A stretch of 57,905 nt of DNA, filler included, from Sluysia triapertura (taxonomy: Eukaryota): assembly GCA_046118255.1 (NCBI GenBank). It is 4 parts of 4 records of this genome, joined end to end, with 100 filler letters (N's around TTAATTAATTAA, not from the genome) between each part and the next. Parts side by side here need not be neighbours in the genome. Positions count along the whole stretch, not along the records: positions 26,627 to 44,746 come from JBJNIA010176362.1; positions 44,847 to 57,905 come from JBJNIA010062643.1; 2 more parts are not named here. One strand, written 5' to 3'. A model generated the notes under the pieces. That model was not told the DNA's origin and did no database searches. It saw only the letters and a list, made by a program, of their open reading frames with translations. Shown here piece after piece: positions 38,130 through 50,198 of this stretch (within the stretch, counting starts at the first letter, position 1; the number at the start of each line of letters is the position of its first letter). The translations under genes were made by a program, and so were the position numbers.

Positions 38130-38520
38130 ATACAATGGACTAATAACGACATTAGTGATTATCTATTTTGTAGGTGAATCAATCGAACAACTTATTTTCA
38201 TAGTTTTATAATCAGTACTTGAATTTGTTGAGCTTGTTGAAAACGTCTGCTACAATTATTATCACTTTCAGTAAAAGCTCAATCAAATATTCAGAACTAG
38301 GTTTATTTTCTACTAAGAAATAATAATTTAAATTTATGATTTGGGTTTTATATTGACACGGAGAAATAATACAAAATTGAAATTGATCATCTAAATACGA
38401 ATTTGTCTTTTTAAGCATTACTTGTTTAAGCTTAGATGAATTTTGATATGGAACTGTTTTGAAATGAAACACTTTACTACTCGTTTTTAGTAATTCGTAC
38501 ATTATAACACAAATCAAATT
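38130..38520 (-). pseudogene. Degenerate paralogue of the 56129-56572 unknown gene
   Basis: VFHFKTVPYQNSSKLKQVMLKKTNSYLDDQ versus VFHFKTDHSQNSSEIKHLIIKKTKEYLDDQ; KTQIINLNYYFLVENKPSS versus KTQIIDLDYYFLAENRPSS. Confidence 0.85.
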
Positions 38521-38935
38521 TTTTTGGATAATTATCTATTTTTTATCTTTTAAATGTTTTTAACTGGTATATATAAAATTTTTGTTTTACACAAATCTTT
38601 TTAATTATTTATTTTTGCTCTAAAAATTCGTGTCTGTATTCATTGTGAAATGTTTGATGTAGTTGACTCACAGTGTATGTCGACAACAGTGTGATTCCTT
38701 GATTAATAAAGTTTATACTGACAAAGAAAAAATGTTTAATTGGTTAATCAATGGGATAGAAGGGTAAGATTTTTATTAGCTCATAATTTTTATTTATAGC
38801 TTGGCGATAATTACAGCTTTACAACAATGAACTGTCAAATGATGACAGTTGAAAATGAATTAAATAGAGACATTGTTCTTAACTGGGTTAGCAACCACTA
38901 AAATGATTAAAATTTTCATGTTTTATAATGCTAGT

Positions 38936-38936
<1 letters not shown>

Positions 38937-39005
<69 letters not shown>

Positions 39006-39008
39006 GTA
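38937..39008. repeat. (TAA)n microsatellite, possibly the 3' tail of the minus-strand LINE
   Basis: Repeat is read directly; the tail role is inferred. Confidence 0.9.
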
Positions 39009-39009
39009 A

Positions 39010-42000
39010 TAGAGTTAAAGTACATAATAAGAATATAAGATAAATAATAAAATTGCAAATGGTAATAAAAATAATATAATAATAAGAAAAATTGATCAAA
39101 CACAAATTCTTTAAACTCTTATCTTTCTTTAAAAGTTTTCGTCTTTCTAAAAAATACATGATTTTCTGTTTTTGTGACTTATAAATTCTTTTGCATTGTA
39201 CATAAATATTAATAAAAATATATAACGTAGTTAAAAATGTTAAAAGGAATTGATAAAAGAATGTAATTTAGGATGTTAAAGAATTTCCATTTTAAATGTA
39301 ATGTTTTAAACCTGATACTGAAATGATATAAATGTTGTGAATGTTTAAAGATTGTGAACTTGAAATGTTTTAAATAAAATTTTGAAATGTACGTTTAATG
39401 GTTTAGATGTAAATATAATTTTAATGTTATGAAAGTGTAAGTTTGAAATGTTTAGAAATATCTAAAGTTTTAGTGAATCTGAAAAAGTAAAATATGGAAT
39501 GTTATGAATTGTGAGTTTTCGTGTGTAGAAATGATTTGAATTTTGAATATGAAGGTTGACCACCACAATGTACAAAGAGTGTAAAGAAAATGTGAAAGGG
39601 AGCATGAAATAACACAAACAAAGGAAGGAAAAATACAGAAATGAGGAAAAACAAGCTTTAAAAAAACAGAAAAAGGAAGGAGAAAAGAAAGGTAGAGAAA
39701 TGAAGAATGAAATGAAGTGGAAATCTGCTGTTATAGTAATTTGAATGTTTAAAAGAAAAAGCATTAAAAATGTTTTTGTTTTATTAATTATAAAACAACA
39801 GAGGGTCAAATTAAAAAATACCGGGAATATGAAAAAATAAATTGAATTAATTAAATTAAATTAATTAAATTATAAAGGAAAGAAAAAAGAAAGATAAAAG
39901 AAAACACCCAAAGTATGGAATAGGAAAGCCGCCAAAGGTGAAAAACAATTTGGAAAAAAATAGGGACGCCCGATAATATACAAAAAACTTTTACAATGCA
40001 TGGGTTAAAAAATCCAATAAGTGAAAATGAAAATAAAAAGTATTAATAATTGAAAAGGTTCCTAGGGTAAAAGGAAGCTAGGAAGAGAGCAAAGTAAGAT
40101 AAAGGAAAATACCCAGATGAATAGTAGAAAGGGATTAAGGAGTTATGGATGCCTAGATAAAAGTACAAGAATTGAGAAATTAGGAGTGCACAAAAAACAA
40201 ACATGTTTCTGTACAATATATACATTTTACAATTATTTACAAAATAAGGTAAAAGGAGGGAAATGATTTGGTAAGATATTGTCTAGGAAAGTTTACAAGT
40301 AGAAAGTTCCAACAAAGTACAAGTGTTTACAAAAGAGAGGTATTACGTGTTTAAGAAGAACTGTGAAGAGAATGATAAAGGACGACTCCAGGGACAGCTT
40401 GATACACTGGTTCACCAACTCAGTGATATCAGTTTTGCGGAAACTGATTCGAGATCCCATGTACTGAGTGCGCCAGCTACAAATGTGTCAAAAGAAACCT
40501 GACATTTGGATTGGAGTTTCTGCCTAAGATCAGAGTACCTAGTAATATTAAGAGACTGGGCGCCCTAAATTTGTCACAGTTATCGATAGGCGACATCAAT
40601 CAGAAAGAATTGGGTCGAAGTGGTACCCTGTGCCTGAATGTCGGGTCAGTAGAAGTATTTTACATGTCTTTCTTAACTGAAAAGCCATTTTGTACAGGTT
40701 TACTAGAAAGACATTCTAGTATCTTATTATGTCAAACTGTACAACCAATAACAGATTGAGGGTACAGACATAAAACATGGGCAATCATTTCACGTTCAAA
40801 CCCTCACCAGCGACAAGGGACATGAACGAGTTTAAAGAAATTAATAGAATAGATCCAAGTCTGATTGTTCAGTTGTAAGAAAAATGGACAACCGGATAAG
40901 TCCACAAAACGTCCCTGGATTTAGTGGGATTTCCAAATGTTGCTATTGGTATTATTATTCAGTTCATGATGATATTTCCCCACTTTCTCTTTATGAAACC
41001 GATTTAATATAATCTCACCAAGGATGTCGCACGTAATGCAGAGTTTAATTTTGTCCTCGGAATGAAGGAAGGAGATAGAAATTCGACATTTACGTTGTAG
41101 ATTGAGGATGGACCGCCAAATTTTGGTGTACCAAGTTTGGAGTCGTGCGTGCCTATCAGATTTAACCCAATTTAACCATGATATAGCATCAGATAGATTT
41201 TCGACTATCAGTAGCAACTCGGACAGTTTCATGAAAGGAGAGGTTACGGATAAGGTCGATGCGAATACTGAAAAGTCGGAAAGCGCAGACTACATTCTGG
41301 CACACATAGTCGTCGTGGGAGAGATCAAGCCTAAACTCCCGTAATTTTTGTGCGCAAATAAGAAAGCATTGTTAAGAAGGAAATTCTTTAAACCTAAGAA
41401 ACCCTTGAAGAGATGGTTGACATTTTCATCGTCTCCGACAGATTGAGGAAGGTTCCAGGATTGTCTGGAATGAGGACTGGAAAGGATTTGTGTGTTTATA
41501 ATAAGATTGCCCATACGGAATGGTAAGCGCGATTGGATGAAGTTGCGAAACATAAAGAATTTCTTTCGACAAATTAGAGTAGAGTATTTCACTTTCTCAG
41601 CAACCGCTAAGTTTTCCTCAAGGAGATCAGACAGGTTGCACTTTTTATTTCACCAAAGGGATTGTATTGTCACCATCTTTCATTCATAATGGGAGTATTG
41701 TCAATAAGAAGAGAAAGAGTGGTGTCGCCCAGAATGTTGTGGAAATAAATGCATTTACTAGGGCGGAAGATTAAGTTGGCCGACTTTGTATGCTCAAGAA
41801 TATAATTAAGAATTCGTTGCAAGTCCCCGTGTGAGGTAGCAATTAGTGCGATGTTATCCGCATTAGCAAGATAGTAAAGGAAGTGACATTTCACTAATTG
41901 AAATGTAGTCTTTCCGAGAGTTCGTGAACTTTTGAAACAAATAATCATTGACCAAGCAGAGAAGGGTCATAGGGAGATGGCAGCCTTGGTTCATTAATAA

Positions 42001-43990
42001 GATTGTTACAGTGTACGAAGTGCTACTATCTTCGTAAAGATCCCTAAGAAGATTGAGCGTTTGCTGCTCCAGCCCCATAAGGGAAAGTGTGTGCCAGATG
42101 AGTTGGTGGGGAACAGAACTGAAAGCATTAGTTAGGTCGATGAAAATTACATAGATTAAGGGATGCAATGATTTCCTGAAGTGAGTGTAGCAAAAATTAT
42201 GCTCGGTGCAACTATCAGAATGAAATAGCGCGGTTCGGTGATTAATGATAAGATTGCCGCATATAACCAGGAGAGAAGTTTTTTGTGAAGACTCTATATG
42301 TTACATCGAGTACTGCAATTGGGCGCCACAATGAAACGTGTTAGATTTAATTATAAGGAAAGTAGTAAAGGATTTCCAGGTGCGAGACAGTTTCTCAATA
42401 TCAGAAGGTAGAGGAATTGTCCCGAGGGATCTACGTTTTTGATTTGTTTGAACGTAATTTATTGGACCCTAGAACAGAATTCTTACAAAACTTCAAGGTA
42501 GCCATAATCTCAATAGGATCGTTAGTATAGGTATCGAAGAAGTATGACAAAATACCGATTTGTGATGGGTCAAAGGAGGGATTGTAATAGTCACAGATCT
42601 CGGAAGCAAAAGGAGTATGTGGAGGGAAAGGAGTTCCAATAATTAGTTGAAACGCCTTAGTTTGATTCAGCTGAAAGATTTTACCCAGGTCCTGTTGAAC
42701 TTCCTTATTGCAATTTTGAGACTTTTTAAATTGTGATAGTATGTTCGAAAACTTTGAGGGAAACATTTTGTCCAGAAAAAGTCTTTACAAATTTTGTTAC
42801 ACAACGACTAAAGAGAAGGATGAGGGTGTTTCGCTTTCGTGTCGGATGGAAGTATCAGAGTGTGGTCAAGACATTATAAAGTGTTTCCCTTGTGGCATCA
42901 ATATTAGGTTGGAAAAACATTATAATGTCGAGATTGAGTTTATATTGCAAAGCAATATTACAAATAATGGGACTGCAATCTTATATGTAAAGTCCTGCTT
43001 ACTAGGGTACACTGGAATTGCAGTTTATGCGATCATGACATTTTTGAAGAAGTTACATAACAAATAGAGATGACGTGGAAAAGTATTGAAAGGATCAACA
43101 ATATAGTAGAAATTATTCTCATTGTTGAATATGACGAGGACCCAATGGTTTTCAGTATTCAGTACCCAGTAAAAGTGTTGCCAGCTAGCACACTTAGGAA
43201 AATCAAAGTTGTTGTGAAAGGTTTCCTCATCGTTGAACATGGCAAAGTTTGCAACGATGGAGTCAAATACAAGACAGTTAGGGTCCAAGATAAATGCATT
43301 AAAGAAGCCATGATCGCCTTCAGGATGGTCAATCTGACTGGTGGGTGGAATCAAGATCATTAGCAGTTGGAGTAAGACAAAGATTCTTTGGTGCTGAATG
43401 TTTAAAAGATATTTTAAAAGATATGTTTAAAAAGTATTTTATCTTCAGACATTATTGTTAAGTTTTAATAGAAAGGTATAATCAAAAGTTATTATCAAAG
43501 AGAAGGGAACAGGAACACTTAAGAATGACCTTTTTTCCTTTGAAATTGTGCTTTTTAAGCTGATGTCACCTAAGACTACCACGGTGATTGGGATTAAGTC
43601 TTTGGGTAATCCCGCACGAATTGCAACAGACTCTAGTAGTATATAGAACTTGTATGTCATCATCCGGAATGAGTGGTAGCGCAGTCGGTTTCTTGCCCGC
43701 TCCACGAATGTCTTTCTAAAGAACATTCGTTTGTTCAATATAGGTCAAGGAAAATTCTTCCCAGGTTTTAATAGTGCCACAGGTGCATTTCACTTTCAAT
43801 TCACTGAAGAGGGTAGTAAATTTGTGTTTGCTAAGGAAGTTTCTGCGTACTTCCTTGCAGTGAGAACAGTTTGTAAAGTTAGTCTCTTCATAGTACAATG
43901 AGCAAGGGAACATTTGAGATAAAATTTATGAGAATTATTATCAATCTTAGCTCAGTCTTCTAGGTCAAAGGTATTCTCGACGGACGTCAA
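39010..43990 (-). mobile_element. Decayed NeSL-like RLE non-LTR retrotransposon (Zn fingers, Ulp1 protease, RT, CCHC/RLE, long 3' UTR)
   Basis: NHWVLVIF...YIVDPF and Q...DCSPIIC (C48 protease); IFIDLTNAFSSVPH, QGCHL and LANADNIAL (RT); CRW*GFEREMIAHVL...*HNKI and FVAGALSTWD (RLE). Coding part about 40300-43913; ends approximate. Confidence 0.88.
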
Positions 43991-44017
43991 TAGAAGTTTG
44001 GAGAGGGCGTAAAAGTA

Positions 44018-44082
44018 TTGTAAATAATATCATCCTAATGATTTTGTATATTTGTAAATAATATCATCCTAATGATTTTGTA
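44018..44082. repeat. 31-bp direct repeat, two copies (period 34)
   Basis: ttgtaaataatatcatcctaatgattttgta. Confidence 0.95.
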
Positions 44083-44191
44083 AAAAATAATAATAAATTC
44101 TAATAATCACAATTTATTGTAAAAAAAAATAATAATTTCTAATTTTATTGTAAAAAATTTTTATTTTATCATAATTATTGTAAATAGTCAT

Positions 44192-44512
44192 AAAACGGAT
44201 ATTTATATAATAATAATCTTGTAATAAATAAAACGGATAACAAAACGGATATATATTGTTTATTATTTTAAAAATTAGAATATATATATTATAATTGCTG
44301 TTATCATTTATAAATAATTATTTTATTCGAAAAAATTTAATTTACAAAACGGATATTTAGACGGAAATCCTTATCTTTATTTTATGTTTATATTCAATGT
44401 TTTTGACTAATATATTTGTATGATTTAAATCTCTCTTCAAAATCGGATATTTATAATTATTTAAATTAATTTTTCAACAAAGGATATTTACATTTTTAAA
44501 GCGAGTATAAAA
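44192..44512 (+). promoter_or_regulatory. Cluster of AAACGGATA-like sites upstream of a TATA box
   Basis: Exact AAACGGATA at 44193, 44231, 44243 and 44347; variants at about 44360, 44441 and 44479; TATAAAAGG at 44506. Confidence 0.6.
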
Positions 44513-44746
44513 GGTAAAAATTTATTAAAACTCCACACACAATAATTGTTAGCAGTAAAAAACGTTCAAGTTGCAGAACTTTTGGATACTACGAGTTCAG
44601 TTATCATATTTCGATATAAATTATAAATTTGGGGAAAACGATTTAATTATCTGGATACAATCAGTTCACTCTTCACATTTTCGATACACAGTAAAGACTT
44701 GGAAAATTTATTTTGGTTAAAAAACGAAATTATCTGCAATTGGGTT

Positions 44747-44846
44747 NNNNNNNNNNNNNNNNNNNNNNNNNNNNNNNNNNNNNNNNNNNNTTAATTAATT
44801 AANNNNNNNNNNNNNNNNNNNNNNNNNNNNNNNNNNNNNNNNNNNN
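44747..44846. other. Assembly gap with six-frame-stop linker
   Basis: N44-TTAATTAATTAA-N44, followed by (ATT)n to about 44915. Confidence 0.98.
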
Positions 44847-44917
<71 letters not shown>

Positions 44918-45179
44918 ATTTTTTCTGCAATTTATATTTAATAATATAATTAATAATAAATTATATGCTTCATAAATAAATATAATTATAAATAATGCTA
45001 CAGACCTACTCTGTATTTGCGACATTTTTGAAAACGTTTTAGAGCTAATGTACGTCAAGAAAAGACAATCCTCAGTGAAATGAAATTACACACATGTGTT
45101 GCAAATGCAAGAAATTTGAATTAGACTTTAAATTAGACATTTTCTGTTTCGAATTTTACAATTTGGAAATTGTTTTACT

Positions 45180-45760
45180 AGAATTTATATTTATTCTGTC
45201 ACAGATACAGAAATAATGTAATATAGTCCTCATTATCTTAATACGCTCGAGTAATCAAAACTGGGGCTTCCGAAGCATATACATTATAATAAAACTGAAG
45301 ATGATTTTTCACATATTAATTAAAAAGAATGAATACATTTGGTAACAAGCAAAAAACCTACAGCTGTTCTTCTTCAATCACGTCAATATATATTCATAGA
45401 TATGATTAAGTAACCTTTCCGAGATGGGCTTTTGGTAATAAAATATTTAAGTTATTATAAGTGTTTAAGAGTGTTATATTCTTTAAAACAAGGGTTTATA
45501 CACAATTCAAGGTTGCATGCACTATCCTGAAATTTTGTATCTTATTTTTTCTCTTCTATTCATGCCGCTGCATGCAATACATTTTCTTCTAAATTGAAGA
45601 AGCTATGATGAACAATATGCATCTAAAATGTATTTATCTAGAAATATAAGACGAAAGATAAAATTGGTGGTGTTAAGGACAACATTTTATTAATAAAATA
45701 ACTCATTTTTAAAGATAAATGCTAAGATGTATGTGCATATCTGTGACAACCGCTCCTAAA
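45180..45760 (+). pseudogene. Possible Helitron/PIF1 helicase C-terminal remnant
   Basis: YSPHYLNTL...GLPKH resembles YPxEFLNSL...GLPPH. Highly degraded. Confidence 0.3.
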
Positions 45761-48700
45761 GAGTTAATATTTCTATGGAATTAATTGATGACGTTGAAAA
45801 TTTCTTGTTGCATAGCAATATGTCATTTCAGTGTTACAAGAATTAAATTTAGAAATTATGACGAACTTGATTTAAATAGTAATTTTTTATAATTTTATAA
45901 TATAAATAAATTGATATCCACATATCCACATATAATAGTTTGGATGAATGTATGTGCATATCTGGGTTTATGGATTGTACATACTTTCATTCAGTAGTCT
46001 TCACACCTTTGTTCTGCGACCCACTTTTTTCGTAACCTTTTTTCCAGAAACCTTCATGTGTTGTAAGAAGCTCATTTTCTAATTTTCTTATTACTTTTTA
46101 TTTTATTTTTCCTATTTTTTAATTCGGAAAACAATTTTTTACTTCTTTATCTAATAATTATTACAATATTTTTTATATTTGTTTTATTAAACAATAAACA
46201 ACAATGATTTTATTTTGATCAATCGGAAACATTATTTCTCAACAGTATTTATAAAATGTGCAACATTGGTCTTCTTAATGTAATTTGAGTACAAACATTA
46301 TCACAATAACATGGTCTAAGATTTAGGGGTTTTGTCCGATAGAAAATAATATCTATTTAATCAATAAAGAAAACATGTAAATTGAGAAATATAAACAAAA
46401 CAATAAGTTCCCACTTCTCTCTTCATCATCAACATTTATTCGCTGACAGTTTCTCTCATTCCATCTTTCCATAAAAAATAGGTTAACTTTTTCAAGTCGC
46501 TTCGCTTAAACTCTATCATATGCCACAAAATAATATTTTTAAATGATAATATAACAATTATTTACAATTAAATTACAATTATTTAATTATAAGATAGAAA
46601 TTAAACATTTAAAAAAGGATTTAATAATACATTTAATAACTAAACATTTCTTCATAAAACACTGAAATTTTTTAGATTTACAGATGATTGATGATGTGTT
46701 GTTTATATTTCCAATTTAAACATTGCCGGTATTAGTTAAATAAATATTATTTTCAATCCTATAATTAAATTAATTCAAAACGCGAATTAAAGCAATCAAT
46801 AAATTATAATATACAAGTGATAAAGCAATAGTGACAATTATGTACAACTATTAATGTGAGGGCTCAGCTTATAACACAAATATCTCATAATTCATAAAAC
46901 ACATAAGAGACTCCTAAGTGTAACAACTGAATCGCAACTCTTAATTCTATTGAAATCAGATCATCAGTTAATATCATGTAACAAAATAAAGTTCATACAT
47001 TGCATTATTTAATTTGTAAACATACAGATACGATACCTAAAATCCAATTGCTAAATACAGGAGAACTCAATAATGAAACAAAATACTACACATAGATCAT
47101 TTAATAAAACCTTTAACGAAATCACACATTCTTAGATCATCAAACACTCCTTTGTACATCCTGTATTTAACATTCAATTAACACACAATGTTATTCATTA
47201 AACCATTTCTACCTCAAACCAAACAATATTTTCAGCAGATTATTCGCACACCTAAAAATTTTGCAATTATTTAACAGTACTAAAAGTAATTTAATATTTA
47301 ATAACATATTTAATAATAAAAATATGTAAGAAATTCGTTCATTCATCGAAGCCTCAAATGATAGTAGTGTAGAATTTAAAGACGGTGTTCAAATATATTG
47401 AAGTGAATATGACAGTGTTGGAGAATTACATGAAGAAAAGTAGGAAATAAACATAAGCATAAGGAAATCAAGAAACCAAAGACGTTTATTTTAATACAGT
47501 GAAAACGAAAAACCCAAGAAGATAAGTGTTTATCACAATCAGAAAACAAATAAAGTCAACAAGAAGATGAAGTTAAAGCTAAAGAGGAAGAAGAAACAGT
47601 GACAAGATAGCTTCCAAACGCTTTTGTTTCTGTTTTTCATTAAGTTCAGTTTACTGAATTGAGCTAAATGGGTTAATAATGTTTATTTGCTAACACCAAA
47701 CTTGAACGATAATTCATAGATACTTTGAGATTGGTTAGACTCAACTGTGACCTTTATTTTGTCATTAACTTTGATTTTTAGGTCAAATTATCCTGTACGA
47801 AATTGGATATTGTCCACTGCTAGGTAACTCTGGAACCAAATATACTATCAATATGTGATACCGTCGTTCCACTTAAGAATCTTACTTCATAATAGTGAAA
47901 ATTTCCGACCATTCAATTTTCAACAAAATTAATTTTATAAGTTTTCTATATTTTTAGAGATTACGATGCTTCTTTTCAAGTGGCGAGCTACGTAGCTTTC
48001 CAATAAAAGAACAGAGAAGTAAAATATTAAGCCAATGTCAAATAATTTGCTGTTTAACTTGCCAATATTATTAACTACAACTAATCCAATAATACAACTA
48101 ATAATTGAATCGATAAAATTGTTTGAAAGTACATGTTTAAAGATCAATGAAGAGAAGCTACAATTTATAATTTTCAGTAATTAAAATAAATGAAACAGAG
48201 TTAATTGTGTGAGGTAAGATGCTAAACAAAAATTATGGAAATATAAGTAAGTGATAAGAATTCACAAATGACAATGGAAGACAATATTAATTGTATGATT
48301 AAAAAGTTTAAATACAAATTAAAGAAAATATTATAAAATTTATTAATAAAATTAGGGCCTAACTTATTTGTTTACTTATTGATAATCATTTAGGGTAATC
48401 GATTTCATACGGAAAGGGTAATTATTACAATTTCCAAGTAAAAAGATTTCATATGACACTTTCTTGGTAGAATTACCAATAAAAATAAGAGTACAATTGA
48501 AAATCATGACAATTTATAAATCATGAATATCTCTTGGAAATAAAAAATTAGGAAATCTAAATGAACATCTTTAAAATAACAATTTGTACATAATACGATA
48601 GATAATAAGTTATGCACAGTTTATGATTCAAAAATATGCAACCAGCTACAGATAATGTTAAATTATGAAATAGTTAAGAAAAGGGCATGGTTCTTTCTAT

Positions 48701-49315
48701 TCAGAAATACTATATTGAATGATTTATTTTAAGTTCTTACGGGTACTTATTTTATAATAAATATTAGCACAATATAAATTAATGTATTAATAATTATAAT
48801 AATAATATTACTATTAATATTATATTGTTTTCGATTAACACTGAATTAAATTTAGTTGTGGCCATCTCCAATTTTGGTAGTATTATTTTGTAATATTAAC
48901 ACCTTATATTATTTTGGTAGTACGGCCATATCCAAATTTAGGCATATTGTGTTTTTTGTAGACAATTTAGTCACATTTTAAAGATTCCATTGAAACATGT
49001 TTATCTAGCAAATAAAGTTATGGATCATTCCAAATTGTCTGTCAATTCTTTTAGTTACGAGTTATCTAAGTATCAAAACTGTATTAAAATACTAACGTCG
49101 AATAGACAAAGTCAGCAATATGTGATAAAACCTTCATAAATACATTCGATTAAAAAACCTTACATTATCAGAACAAAAAATTTCTGAGTTACCAATAGAA
49201 CAAAAAATATCTTTATAAATCATGATTTTCAGAATTTTAGGGATTAATTATTGTAAAAGTAAACATTTCTCAATAATTATTGTTGAAATAACAACACATT
49301 GCAAATGTGCACATA

Positions 49316-50198
49316 CCGTATTTTCCGAACTATAAGCCGCATCCAAAAACTTAAAAAGGGTCGTAATTTAGGGGGTGCGGCTTATACGTTGATGTTTAAA
49401 ATCTTCAAAATTTTCTGACTCTAATAAATAAAAAATGTTATTTTTAATGCAAAGTCCTAATCTAATAAACTACCTCGTCATTGTGTGATATATTTGTTAG
49501 AAGACCAGGTAGGTTCTTTCATGCATCGTCCTCAATGATTGTTTGTGATTAAATGCGCGCTCATCTTACTGATAAGTGAAATCATTAGTAAATCAAACCA
49601 ATACTGTTTTAACTGTCATCCCTGGTGGCTTGACCAAGATTCTTCAACCTCTTGATATTTCAGTCAACAGATCATTTAAAACCAAATTAAGAAAAACTTG
49701 GGAAGAGTGGATGACCTCAGGGGATCATAGTTTTACTAGAACAGGTAGACAGCGAAGAGTGGATTATGTGACAATAACTGAATGGATTCGTGATGCTTGG
49801 AATAGCATCCCCAAATCAACAATCATCAAAGGCTTTATTAAAGCAGGCATCATTCATGATTCTGGCGTAGAAAGTGAACGGGCAACTGAAAATCAAGCTG
49901 CCGATTCAGATGAAGTAACCTATATTAATTATGAGTATGATGAAATTGTGATGGATTCTTAGAAAACTAATAATTAGTTATTATCGTTGGTTAAATTTTA
50001 TTTGAAACAGGTTATATTTATACTTATTTAGTGATAAGTTAAAGTGTTCTTTTTAATATAACATTACTACTCAACTTAATTTAATTTGGGAAATATTATA
50101 TTCTGCAGAGTCACCAGTAGAGTATTTCTAAGTAGATTTATTTAATGCATCTTATATTTTGTATTTTAATGGTGCGGCTTATAGTCCGGAAAATACGG
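49316..50198 (+). mobile_element. Internally deleted pogo/Tigger-family element with DDE_1 transposase fragment
   Basis: TA flanks; ~27-bp TIRs CCGTATTTTCCG(A/G)ACTATAAGCCGCA; ORF 49576-49962 VIPGGLTKILQPLDISVNRSFK...WIRDAW...IIKGFIKAGI. Confidence 0.95.

Noticed and set aside
40511-43363. Plus-strand ORFs within the LINE
   Set aside because: Antisense shadows of the minus-strand retrotransposon ORF.
46860-47220. Possible RT remnant on the minus strand
   Set aside because: Motifs are too degraded to support a call.
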